A stretch of DNA of 64,000 nucleotides, taken from an uncultured Lentimicrobiaceae bacterium (GTDB taxonomy: Bacteria > Bacteroidota > Bacteroidia > Bacteroidales > SKPS01). A program made the translations under genes and the position numbers. The stretch lies in NCBI GenBank assembly GCA_964469215.1, contig CAYXYB010000003.1, positions 47,348-111,347 of the forward strand. Direction: 5' to 3'. How positions within the stretch are numbered: the first letter of the stretch is position 1; each line of letters starts with the position of its first letter. Positions 18,074 through 27,352 of the stretch are shown one piece after another. Below the pieces are notes generated by a model, which worked only from the letters and a program-made list of their open reading frames with translations, made no database searches and was not told the DNA's origin.

Positions 18074-19393
18074 ATGCTTATGAAACGTTACTTATATCTG
18101 CTTCTTATCATCAACCTGGTCTCTTCTGCTTCTGCCCAGCAAGATACTTCATCCAAACTTGAATGGTTCTCAAACGCCCGCCTGGGGATCTTTATCCACT
18201 GGGGTATTTATTCTGTGGATGGTGTTAGCGAGTCATGGTCATTTCACAATGGCAGAATACCTCATGAGGTTTACATGCAGCAGATCCAAAGATTCAGTGC
18301 GGAAGCATATTCCCCTTCGGAATGGGTGAATCTGATAAGACAAAGCGGTGCCAGGTATGCGGTGATAACATCCAAGCATCATGATGGTGTTGCACTATGG
18401 GATACCCGGGCAAACGATCTTAGCATCCCGAAAGTCTCTCCCGCTGCAAGAGATGTTCTCACACCCTTTGTTGATGAACTTAAAAAAGCAGAGTTGAAAA
18501 CAGGAATCTATTTCTCGCTAATAGACTGGACATATCCCGATTATCCCGGTTTTCTCAAAGATTCATCCCGGTATAAAGCGGAGGAAGACACAGTTCGCTG
18601 GAACCGGTATATGCACTTCTGCAACACTCAAATAGATGAACTTCTGCAAAGGTACAACCCCGACCTTTGGTGGTTCGATGGCGACTGGGAACACCCGGCT
18701 GAACGTTGGAACGCACCAGGTATCCGTGCGAGGATCCTGTCCCGAAACCCCATGGCCATTATCAACGGCCGACTGCAGGGGTACGGTGATTATGAAACTC
18801 CTGAACAGCATACCCCTGTAAATCCGCCTAATACACCTGCGTGGGAGCTTTGCATGACCATCAATGATTCATGGGGGTATCAAAAAGCAGATACCAATTA
18901 CAAAAGCCCCTACGAGATAATATCAATATTTGCAGATGTGGTCGGAATGGGAGGGAATCTGCTGCTCGATATCGGTCCGAAATCGGATGGAACCATCCCG
19001 CCGGAACAGGTTAACATTCTGAATCAAATGGGTAACTGGACAAGAAAACATGCCGAAGCCATCTTCGACACCCGAAAAGGATTGCCCTATGGTCACTTCT
19101 ACGGTCCATCAACCCTCTCTGCCGACTCCACTACCCTGTACCTTTTCTTGTCACATGGAGCCAGTAATAATGTAGTTATCAAGGGATTGAGGAACGAAAT
19201 AAAAAGGATCGAGGTGCTGGGAACCGGAAAAACCCTTCACTATAAAATAGTCGGCAAGATATCGTGGAGCTGGGTACCCGGTTTGGTTTTCATTGATATC
19301 CCAAAGGAACATCATGACCCTTACATTACAGTGCTGAAAGTTGAATTAGATGGACCGGTATGGCTCTACCGTGGGAAGGGTGGGTTTAATTAA
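18074..19393 (+). CDS. GH29 alpha-L-fucosidase (secreted)
   Basis: Signal peptide; LGIFIHWGIY, TSKHHDG, WWFDGDW, WELCMT...SWGY and GGNLLLDIGP. Confidence 0.92.
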   Translation: MLMKRYLYLLLIINLVSSASAQQDTSSKLEWFSNARLGIFIHWGIYSVDGVSESWSFHNGRIPHEVYMQQIQRFSAEAYSPSEWVNLIRQSGARYAVITSKHHDGVALWDTRANDLSIPKVSPAARDVLTPFVDELKKAELKTGIYFSLIDWTYPDYPGFLKDSSRYKAEEDTVRWNRYMHFCNTQIDELLQRYNPDLWWFDGDWEHPAERWNAPGIRARILSRNPMAIINGRLQGYGDYETPEQHTPVNPPNTPAWELCMTINDSWGYQKADTNYKSPYEIISIFADVVGMGGNLLLDIGPKSDGTIPPEQVNILNQMGNWTRKHAEAIFDTRKGLPYGHFYGPSTLSADSTTLYLFLSHGASNNVVIKGLRNEIKRIEVLGTGKTLHYKIVGKISWSWVPGLVFIDIPKEHHDPYITVLKVELDGPVWLYRGKGGFN

Positions 19394-19418
19394 AAATTGA
19401 TTGTCTAAAGTTTTATAT

Positions 19419-21683
19419 ATGAGATCAATAATAAGGTTTACTTTAAGTTCGATACAACTCGCCATCCTCTTTCTGGCTTTAACCCTGGAGTCAGTAATAG
19501 CCCAGTTCCCTCTGGTAAATGATAGTGGTACAGGTGCGGTTATTGTTTGTCAGACGAGAAGCGATACACTTACTGTGCTTGCTGCTAAAGAATTACAGGC
19601 ATACATTTCCCGAATCTCAGGTGTGCAGCTTCCAATCTCTGAAAAGAATGGGAGAATCAGCCATCCAAACGTTTATTTAGGAAAATCTTTTCTGCCGGCA
19701 AACCAACTCAAACGACTTGAGTCCGACCCGATGCAGGAGGCATTTATAATATACTCTGAAAAGAACCGTCTCTTTATGGCAGGCAAACAACCCATTGGTG
19801 ACTTATACGCAGTGTACACATTGCTGGAAGAATTCCTTGGGTGTGTAAAATTCAACGCAGATGAGATGCTTGTGCCCCTTCAGAAGAGCATTGTGGTGCC
19901 TCACATGGACAGAATCTGGTCTCCTGCCTTTAGCTTCCGGATTCCCTCCTTTAAGGATAGGTGGAACTCAGGTTTTTGTCACTGGCATAAAGTGAACACT
20001 TTCAGCGACTGGGGCAGGTGGTGGGTGCATTCGTTTCATCGCCTGGTACCTCCCGAAGTATATTTTGATGAGCATCCGGAGTATTTTGCTCTTGTGGATG
20101 GCCGAAGATTGCAGGATGGACAGCTCTGCCTGGGAAATCCGGAAGTGATTGAACTATTAAAGACTAACCTTGGCCGGGAGATTGAGCTGAACCCCACAGC
20201 AAATTACTGGTCTGTCTCTCAAAACGACTGCTATAACTATTGTGAGTGTGATCTTTGTCAGAAGATTTACGACGATTACGGCAGCTTTTCAGGAGCCTAT
20301 ATATATATGTCAAATGAGCTTGCCAAGGCATTCCCCGAAAAACAGATATCCACCCTGGCTTACCAGTTCACCAGAAAAGCCCCCTCGGGGATTGCCCCAT
20401 TACCCAACGTAAACATTATGTTCTGCTCAATAGAGTGTAACCGTAGCATGCCCCTTGAAGAAGATCACAGAAGCTCGGATTTTGTTAAGGATTTGAAAGC
20501 ATGGGCAACAATTACAGGAAATATTTTTGTGTGGGATTATGTGGTTCAGTTCAGGAACTACCTCACACCATTTCCTAATTTCCATGTGCTGCAGCCCAAT
20601 ATTCAATTCTTTCGTGAACAGGGTGGCAAAATGATGTTTCAACAGGGAAGTGGCCAAAACTGGTCTGATCTTTCCGATCTGAAACAGTATCTGATAGCTA
20701 AGCTTCTGTGGAATCCCGACCTGGATGCCGATTCAGTGATCAACCGTTTTATAGCAGCTTATTACGGAGGAGCTGCTCTTTACATCCGTGAATACTTCGA
20801 TCTTACACATGCCGCAATCCGGGGTGTTGAGAAAGAACAACGGCTCGATATCTATGGTTTTCCGGTATTCTATAAAGATGCACATCTAACTGCTGATCTG
20901 TTGCTGACCTATGACCAGCTTATGCAGAAAGCTGAACAGGCAGTTTCAAAGGACTCTGTTCTGCTGACGAGGGTTTGGAGGGCACGGCTGCCTGTCAACT
21001 TTGCTATCCTGGATCTGGCCCTGAACACATATCTTCCTCCGTGGCCTGCAGTGTTGAATAACAAAACAAATCCGCTGTTAACAGAACGTCTGGATCGTTT
21101 TGTGGAACGATGTCAAAGCACCGGCATTAAGGCCATCAACGAAAGAAACCTTAGCCCTGAGGCTTACAGGGATTATGCCATCGGTCTGCTTCAAAAGATG
21201 GTATCACCAAACCATCTCGACGATGCCTCTGTAAAGATTCAGACACAATACAGCCACAAATATCCTGTCGGAGGTGAAAAAGCTCTTAATGACAGGCTTA
21301 TGGGTGGCCTGAGTTACCATTTTAACTGGCTGGGATTTGAGGGTGAGGACATGGTGGTGGAAGCTACTTTTCCGTTACCTGTTAACGCATCCGCCGTTTC
21401 TATGAACTTTATGCACGCGGTAGAGTCCTGGATATTCCTTCCTTATCGTCTTAGTGTCGATGTATCGACAGATGGTGTCATGTTCAACGAGGTGGCAGTA
21501 ATGGATATTGACAATTCAGATCGCAACTATCTGGACAGGTCTGTACCTTTTCGGTTGACTTTTCAGCCACAGGAGGTTAAGGCGATAAGGATCACAGCCC
21601 TTTCGATGAAAACCTGCCCAGAATGGCACCGCGGTTTCGGAAAGCCCTCCTGGATATTTATCGATGAATTGATTGTGGAGTGA
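19419..21683 (+). CDS. DUF4838 domain protein with C-terminal F5/8-type (discoidin-like) module
   Basis: Signal peptide; AAKELQ.YISRISG N-domain; HSFHRLVPP..YFDEHPEY, QLCL.NPEV, TLAY and WDY..QF; KY..GG...LND and WIF.DEL.VE C-terminus. Confidence 0.8.
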   Translation: MRSIIRFTLSSIQLAILFLALTLESVIAQFPLVNDSGTGAVIVCQTRSDTLTVLAAKELQAYISRISGVQLPISEKNGRISHPNVYLGKSFLPANQLKRLESDPMQEAFIIYSEKNRLFMAGKQPIGDLYAVYTLLEEFLGCVKFNADEMLVPLQKSIVVPHMDRIWSPAFSFRIPSFKDRWNSGFCHWHKVNTFSDWGRWWVHSFHRLVPPEVYFDEHPEYFALVDGRRLQDGQLCLGNPEVIELLKTNLGREIELNPTANYWSVSQNDCYNYCECDLCQKIYDDYGSFSGAYIYMSNELAKAFPEKQISTLAYQFTRKAPSGIAPLPNVNIMFCSIECNRSMPLEEDHRSSDFVKDLKAWATITGNIFVWDYVVQFRNYLTPFPNFHVLQPNIQFFREQGGKMMFQQGSGQNWSDLSDLKQYLIAKLLWNPDLDADSVINRFIAAYYGGAALYIREYFDLTHAAIRGVEKEQRLDIYGFPVFYKDAHLTADLLLTYDQLMQKAEQAVSKDSVLLTRVWRARLPVNFAILDLALNTYLPPWPAVLNNKTNPLLTERLDRFVERCQSTGIKAINERNLSPEAYRDYAIGLLQKMVSPNHLDDASVKIQTQYSHKYPVGGEKALNDRLMGGLSYHFNWLGFEGEDMVVEATFPLPVNASAVSMNFMHAVESWIFLPYRLSVDVSTDGVMFNEVAVMDIDNSDRNYLDRSVPFRLTFQPQEVKAIRITALSMKTCPEWHRGFGKPSWIFIDELIVE

Positions 21684-21728
21684 GTGATGTTCATTGATGA
21701 TTTCCTCCATTTTTCCTACTTTTACCCC

Positions 21729-24659
21729 ATGAATCCGCTTACGGAACTCGCAGAATCCATCGAAGGGGAAGTTCGTCAGGATCCCGATATCAGGTATATC
21801 TACTCAACAGATGCTTCAATATACCGTGAAGTGCCTAGTGCTGTGGCTTTTCCGAAGAATTCCGCTGATCTCCGGAAAATCACTGAATGGTCTTTTAAAA
21901 ATAAAGTACCGGTCATTCCCAGGACAGCAGGCACCTCATTGGCTGGACAAGTTGTTGGGAAAGGTGTAATAGTGGATGTTGCACGATACCTGAACAGAAT
22001 TATTGAGATTAACCCTGAAGAAAAATTTGTTTGGGTTGAACCCGGTGTTATTCGGGATGACCTTAACAGAGTATTAAAAACCCATAACCTCTTCTTTGCA
22101 CCGGAAACCTCAACATCAAACAGATGCATGACAGGGGGTATGACCGGCAACAATTCCTGTGGAGCCAACTCATTGATATATGGTAGCGTGCGAGACCATC
22201 TGCTGGAGGTTGAAGGTTATTTGTCTGACGGAACCCCATTTCATGCTTTTCCTGTTGATGAAGAAACCCTGAATATAAAGATCTTGGAAGATTCAAGAGA
22301 GGGTGAAATATATCGCTTTATATGTGATAATTTGATGAGTCCATCTGTGCAGGAACAGATTGATAATGTCTTTCCGTGGAAGGAGATAAGAAGAAGAAAT
22401 ACTGGTTACGCTCTCGACACTCTTCTTGATATGAAGCCCTTTAAACCGGATGGTGAAAGACTTAATCTGTCCCCAATCATAGCAGGATCCGAAGGCACTT
22501 TGATGATGATCTCTGCCCTTAAATTAAACCTGGTTCCTTTAATCAGCCGGGAGAGGGTTTTACTTTGCTCTCATTTCAGAAGTCTCGATGAAGCACTTGA
22601 GGCAAACCTGAAAATCCTTCAATATCCAGTTGGTTCTATAGAATTGATAGATAAAACAATTATTGAATGTATAGCATCACATCCCGGATTGAAGAACCAT
22701 AGTTCCTTTATACAGGGTAAACCTGAGGGAGTTCTACTGGTTGAAATATTCGGAGAATTTAAGAAGAAATCGGAAGAGATAACAAAATCGATTGTTGAAG
22801 ATCTTGAATCAGCCAATCTCGGATATCATCATCTTGTATTATCTGGAAATGAGATCAGGAAGGTGATGGAATTGCGCAAGGCTGGCTTGGGATTGCTGGC
22901 AAATATGAAGGGTGACCGGAAGCCTGTTACTTTTATCGAAGATGCAGCTGTAAGGTCTATTGATATTCTGTCCTACATAAGAGAAATCAGGGCAATGCTT
23001 CAGGGTCACGACCTCTCGGCTGCATATTACGGACATGTTGGAACGGGTGAAATCCACATTAAACCTTTCATGGATCTCAGCAAGCCCGAACATCGTGATC
23101 TGCTCAGGGAGGTTTCTTTACAGACAGCTCTTCTTGTGAAAAAATACAGAGGCTCACTGAGTGGAGAGCATGGGGATGGCAGACTGAGGGGAGAGTTTAT
23201 CCCTCTCTTGTATGGGAAGCAGATATACGACCTTTTTAAAGGGCTCAAGGCAGCATTCGACCCGGAAGGGTTGCTTAATCCTGGAAAGATCACAGATGCT
23301 CCTCCGGTAAACACCTCTCTTAAATTTTTAGATGGGTTCAGTATACCCGGTTTCAAGCCTGCTTTTAACTATAACAGTGATGGAGGCTTTTTTAAGGCTC
23401 TGGAACGATGCAGTGGATCGGGTGACTGCAGGAGGCCTTTCTGGCACGAAGCTATCATGTGCCCTTCTTATCAGGCTACAAACGATGAATATTTCTCCAC
23501 CAGGGGTAGAATTAACCTAATTAAAGAAATACTCATTCGGCAGACAGATAAACCGTTTTCGGACAAATCACTGAAAAGGGTGCTTGATAGCTGCCTTTCA
23601 TGTAAGGGATGTAGATCCGAATGCCCCGGTGCTGTGGATATGGCCAGGTATAAAGCAGAGATCCTTCATCAATATCATCGGTATCATAACCGGACATCTG
23701 GTGAGAAACTTGTGATCAATATCTACAATACCAACCGTTTGTTTGGTAATATTCCCAAAGTTTATAATGCCTTGTTGTCGATAAACCCTGTTGCTTCTTT
23801 AGTTAAACACCTTGCCGGAATACATCCCAGAAGAGAACTGCCCAAACTCTCATCACCTACACTTGAAACATGGATAAAACGTAATAAGGAATCGATGCTC
23901 CCAATTGTTCCGATGAATGCAGGTAAGCTTATATTCTTTGTTGATGAATTCACAAACCATTATGATGCTGAAGTAGGAATTAAAGCTATAAAGCTTCTGC
24001 ATATCCTTGGATATGAGATTATACCTTATATGTATTCGCAAAGTGGCAGGGCTTTGATCTCAAAGGGCTCCCTTGATAAAGCCAGGAAAATTGCCAATAA
24101 AAATATTATCAACCTTAAAAACCTTGGTGCAGCCGAAATACCATTCATTGGTATTGAACCTTCTACAATACTTACTTTTTCAGATGAATATCCTGATCTG
24201 GTAAGTCCTGACCGGGGAAAAGATGCCGGAATAATTGCCTCCAATACTTTTCTTATTGAAGAGTTTCTGGTGAAGGAATACGAAAAAGGTGCCTTTAGTT
24301 CAGATCTGTTCACAGGAAAAAAACAGAAGGTACTTTTCCACGGACATTGTCATCAGAAATCATTGAGGAGGTCGGATGCTTTACGAAAAATACTTTCGAT
24401 TCCGGCCGGGTATGAACCTGAAGAAATTAATAGTGGCTGTTGCGGCATGGCAGGTTCATTTGGAATGGAAAAGGATCATTACCAACTTTCTATGAAGATT
24501 GGGGAGCTGATTTTATTTCCACGACTAAGGGAAATTTCCGATGGTACGATAGTTGCTGTGCCGGGAACGAGTTGCCGCAGCCAGATCCTTCACGGAACAG
24601 GTATCAAGGCACTTCACCCATTAGAAATACTTTTTAATGCATTGATTGACAAGATTTAA
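21729..24659 (+). CDS. FAD-linked oxidase with C-terminal 4Fe-4S / CCG domains (GlcD/GlcF, YdiJ-like)
   Basis: YSTDASIY, RTAGTSLAGQ, GGMTGNNSCG, GSEGTL, SGEHGDG, C.G.G.C, CLSCKGC..ECP and CCGMAGSFG. Confidence 0.9.
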   Translation: MNPLTELAESIEGEVRQDPDIRYIYSTDASIYREVPSAVAFPKNSADLRKITEWSFKNKVPVIPRTAGTSLAGQVVGKGVIVDVARYLNRIIEINPEEKFVWVEPGVIRDDLNRVLKTHNLFFAPETSTSNRCMTGGMTGNNSCGANSLIYGSVRDHLLEVEGYLSDGTPFHAFPVDEETLNIKILEDSREGEIYRFICDNLMSPSVQEQIDNVFPWKEIRRRNTGYALDTLLDMKPFKPDGERLNLSPIIAGSEGTLMMISALKLNLVPLISRERVLLCSHFRSLDEALEANLKILQYPVGSIELIDKTIIECIASHPGLKNHSSFIQGKPEGVLLVEIFGEFKKKSEEITKSIVEDLESANLGYHHLVLSGNEIRKVMELRKAGLGLLANMKGDRKPVTFIEDAAVRSIDILSYIREIRAMLQGHDLSAAYYGHVGTGEIHIKPFMDLSKPEHRDLLREVSLQTALLVKKYRGSLSGEHGDGRLRGEFIPLLYGKQIYDLFKGLKAAFDPEGLLNPGKITDAPPVNTSLKFLDGFSIPGFKPAFNYNSDGGFFKALERCSGSGDCRRPFWHEAIMCPSYQATNDEYFSTRGRINLIKEILIRQTDKPFSDKSLKRVLDSCLSCKGCRSECPGAVDMARYKAEILHQYHRYHNRTSGEKLVINIYNTNRLFGNIPKVYNALLSINPVASLVKHLAGIHPRRELPKLSSPTLETWIKRNKESMLPIVPMNAGKLIFFVDEFTNHYDAEVGIKAIKLLHILGYEIIPYMYSQSGRALISKGSLDKARKIANKNIINLKNLGAAEIPFIGIEPSTILTFSDEYPDLVSPDRGKDAGIIASNTFLIEEFLVKEYEKGAFSSDLFTGKKQKVLFHGHCHQKSLRRSDALRKILSIPAGYEPEEINSGCCGMAGSFGMEKDHYQLSMKIGELILFPRLREISDGTIVAVPGTSCRSQILHGTGIKALHPLEILFNALIDKI

Positions 24660-24717
24660 TATCTTAAGGATTAAAAAATAGTTTTATTACATCTGACATT
24701 AACAAAACCCAACAAAT

Positions 24718-25770
24718 ATGAAAACCAGGTACACACCAATTCTGATGACTACTATTGTTATTGCATCCGCATTCTGGTCCTGTAAAACAGCCCAGACCTC
24801 AATGGAGGTTCTGAACCCCGCTGATATAAATGTTCCATCCCATATCAAATCGGTTGCTGTAGCCAACAGGTCGCTGCCTGGCCGTGAAGACAGGTTGCTT
24901 AATTTTATGGAGGGCATGATAACGGGTGAACAGATTTTTGCTGACAGAGAGGGATCCGGTCATTGTGTTAATGGATTGATACAATCTCTGAACAATAGTC
25001 CCCGGTTCACGGCTGTCAGTGCATCAAACGTATCTTTATTCGGGACAGGTACCCGTGCTTTTGCACCGCCACTATCATGGGCACAGGTCGACAGTATTTG
25101 CCGGATTTATAATGTAGATGCACTTATCCTGCTTGAGACATTCGACTCAAACACAAACTACAAAGAGGGCAGCAAGGATGTGAAACGTACCAAGGATGGC
25201 AGGGAATATTATGAAAAGGTATTCATGGCAGATCTTTGTATTGACGTGAACTCGGGATGGAGGATCTATGACAATAAGAACAAGAGAATCATCGACCAGA
25301 ACGACTATCTTGATGGGAAGTGCTGGAAAGGTGAGGGGCAAAATATTGCAGCGGCTCAGAAAAAACTGCCGGCAAAGAGAACTGCCATCAATCAGGCAGG
25401 GTTTAACTCCGGTCAGTTGTATGGCTTCAGAATATCTCCAAACTGGATAAGGGTAAACAGAAGTTATTTCACAAAAGGGCATGATGGTTTTAAGGAAGCC
25501 AAAAAGCATGTGCGTTATAATAACTGGGAATCAGCCACCAGCATTTGGGAAAACCTAAGTGGGGATGCTGACCCTAAAGTCGCCGGCAGAGCAGTGTTCA
25601 ACCAGGCCCTGTCAGCAGAAATGCGCGGAGACCTCGACCTTGCTATTCAATACGCAAATAGGGCACTTAAAGAATACCGTATTAAAGAGGCCCGGCAGTA
25701 TATTGCTATCCTGGAAAGACGAAAAGTGGATGAGCATCGCCTCAACCAGCAAATGCAAGGGTTAGACTGA
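24718..25770 (+). CDS. DUF6340-like lipoprotein with C-terminal TPR
   Basis: Lipobox FWSC; VLNPADI.VP and VAVANRS; TPR-like C-terminus (AVFNQALSAEMRGDLDLAIQYA). Confidence 0.65.
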   Translation: MKTRYTPILMTTIVIASAFWSCKTAQTSMEVLNPADINVPSHIKSVAVANRSLPGREDRLLNFMEGMITGEQIFADREGSGHCVNGLIQSLNNSPRFTAVSASNVSLFGTGTRAFAPPLSWAQVDSICRIYNVDALILLETFDSNTNYKEGSKDVKRTKDGREYYEKVFMADLCIDVNSGWRIYDNKNKRIIDQNDYLDGKCWKGEGQNIAAAQKKLPAKRTAINQAGFNSGQLYGFRISPNWIRVNRSYFTKGHDGFKEAKKHVRYNNWESATSIWENLSGDADPKVAGRAVFNQALSAEMRGDLDLAIQYANRALKEYRIKEARQYIAILERRKVDEHRLNQQMQGLD

Positions 25771-26238
25771 TCCCTGGTATGATAAAATATTTAGAGTCTG
25801 TATTTCTCCTTATCGACGTAATATCGTATTCATAGTGTCATTTTAACCACCGACACTAGATCACTAAGAATCACTCAGGTGTTTGTAAATCAGTGTTTAT
25901 ATATTAACTATATGCACAAGTGGTAAAATAAAGCATCCTGCAAAGCAAGTCTTTCCATAATGGAATAACCATAACCTCTTTATTCTTTAAAAATCAATAC
26001 ATCATCACATCAAAACCTCGAAAATTCGATTCTAAAGGGGTTAACACACTTATAATGCATTATTACAACATTTTACAAAATACCAATATAATCCTTCTGC
26101 GATTAAATCATAAAAAATTAATCCTGAATTTGACATTAATGATCTTTAACTATAAAAATTATATCGTGTTCACAAATGTAACTTTTCACAAATTACATAC
26201 GTAACATAACTAAAATTTACATTTATCAAACAATTTGT

Positions 26239-26246
26239 TATCTTTG
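26239..26246 (+). promoter_or_regulatory. sigma-A -7 element (TATCTTTG) upstream of the Xre regulator
   Basis: Exact TAnnTTTG, 7 nt before the ATG; overlaps a TGTAAC repeat. Confidence 0.6.
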
Positions 26247-26253
26247 TAACATT

Positions 26254-26730
26254 ATGATAACACAAAGAATCCGTCAGATTATGGAGGCCTATGGTCTGAA
26301 TGCAAGATCATTCGCTGACAGGGTGGGGGTTCAGCGTTCCGGAATGTCTCACCTTTTTAATGGCAGAAATAAACCAAGCCTTGATTTGATATTAAAAATA
26401 ATCAAACGTTTTCCGGCCGTTCCTGTTCAATGGCTTTTGTTCGGTGAAGGAGAGTTGAATATAAAAGAAGACACAAATGTAAACTCATCTGAAAGTAACA
26501 AAAGTAAATATAATGATGATGTGCACATTCCTGAATTTATTGAACCACAAGAAAAGGTTTCTTCAGGTCGTGGTATTGAATCTGATTCTATGGATATACT
26601 TGAAGCTACCTCATTAGTTAATAATCCAGATTTAGATGAACAAACTTCTGATTCGATGCCGAATGATTTTAAACTAATAGTTTTGTTTTATAAGGATGGG
26701 ACTTTTGAGAGTTATAAGAACAGGAAATAG
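26254..26730 (+). CDS. Xre/Cro-family helix-turn-helix transcriptional regulator
   Basis: FADRVGVQRSGMSHLFNGRNKPSLD HTH; W LLFGEG; acidic linker; C-terminal IVLFYKDGTFESY motif typical of this Bacteroidota family. Confidence 0.9.
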   Translation: MITQRIRQIMEAYGLNARSFADRVGVQRSGMSHLFNGRNKPSLDLILKIIKRFPAVPVQWLLFGEGELNIKEDTNVNSSESNKSKYNDDVHIPEFIEPQEKVSSGRGIESDSMDILEATSLVNNPDLDEQTSDSMPNDFKLIVLFYKDGTFESYKNRK

Positions 26731-26761
26731 TTTAATAGACCTGAATATTTTAGAAACCTTA

Positions 26762-27181
26762 TCAGTATCTTTCAATCATAGAAAAGAAAAAAGAGGCTTC
26801 TCTTGCTGCATTTTCATCTGAATCTGAACCATGAACGGCATTCTGCTGGATAGACCTTCCAAAAAGCTGACGTATTGTACCCTTCTCTGCCTTTGAAGGA
26901 TCGGTAGATCCGATAAGTTTTCTGTAATCTTCCACCGCATTCTCCTTCTCAAGAATTGCAACCACTACCGGACCGGATGACATGAATGATACAAGGCTCT
27001 CGTAGAATGGCATCCTTTTATGTACCTCGTAAAATGAAGCAGCCTGAACCGGGGTCATCTGAATAGATTTCATTGCAACTATCCGAAATCCGGCTTCATT
27101 GATTTTGCCTAAGATGGATCCTGTAAATCCATTTTGTACTGCGAAGGGCTTAATGATCGTTAAGGTGATGCTTTTACTCAT
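26762..27181 (-). CDS. ndk: Nucleoside diphosphate kinase
   Basis: TLTIIKP, FMSSGPVV, GTIR and NAVHGSDS. Confidence 0.96.
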   Translation of the reverse strand: MSKSITLTIIKPFAVQNGFTGSILGKINEAGFRIVAMKSIQMTPVQAASFYEVHKRMPFYESLVSFMSSGPVVVAILEKENAVEDYRKLIGSTDPSKAEKGTIRQLFGRSIQQNAVHGSDSDENAAREASFFFSMIERY

Positions 27182-27352
27182 ACGATATAATTGCTTTTAT
27201 AGGATTTATATCACCTTTGTCGTTTTTGAATAATCTTATTATTTGACGTGATACCTGAAAATACCATATCTTCGCACTCTTAATCATACAGAAAAAGTAG
27301 TAAAGAAGTTTATCGGTTGTTTTTGCCTTAAGGGTATAAAAATACTATAAAG

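Noticed and set aside
21684-24659. FAD/Fe-S oxidoreductase as part of a fucose (lactate/lactaldehyde) catabolic module of the glycan cluster
   Set aside because: It is a common stand-alone gene and has its own promoter-like TACTTTTACCCC just before the likely ATG at 21729. No fucose pathway genes are present, so the link is unsupported.
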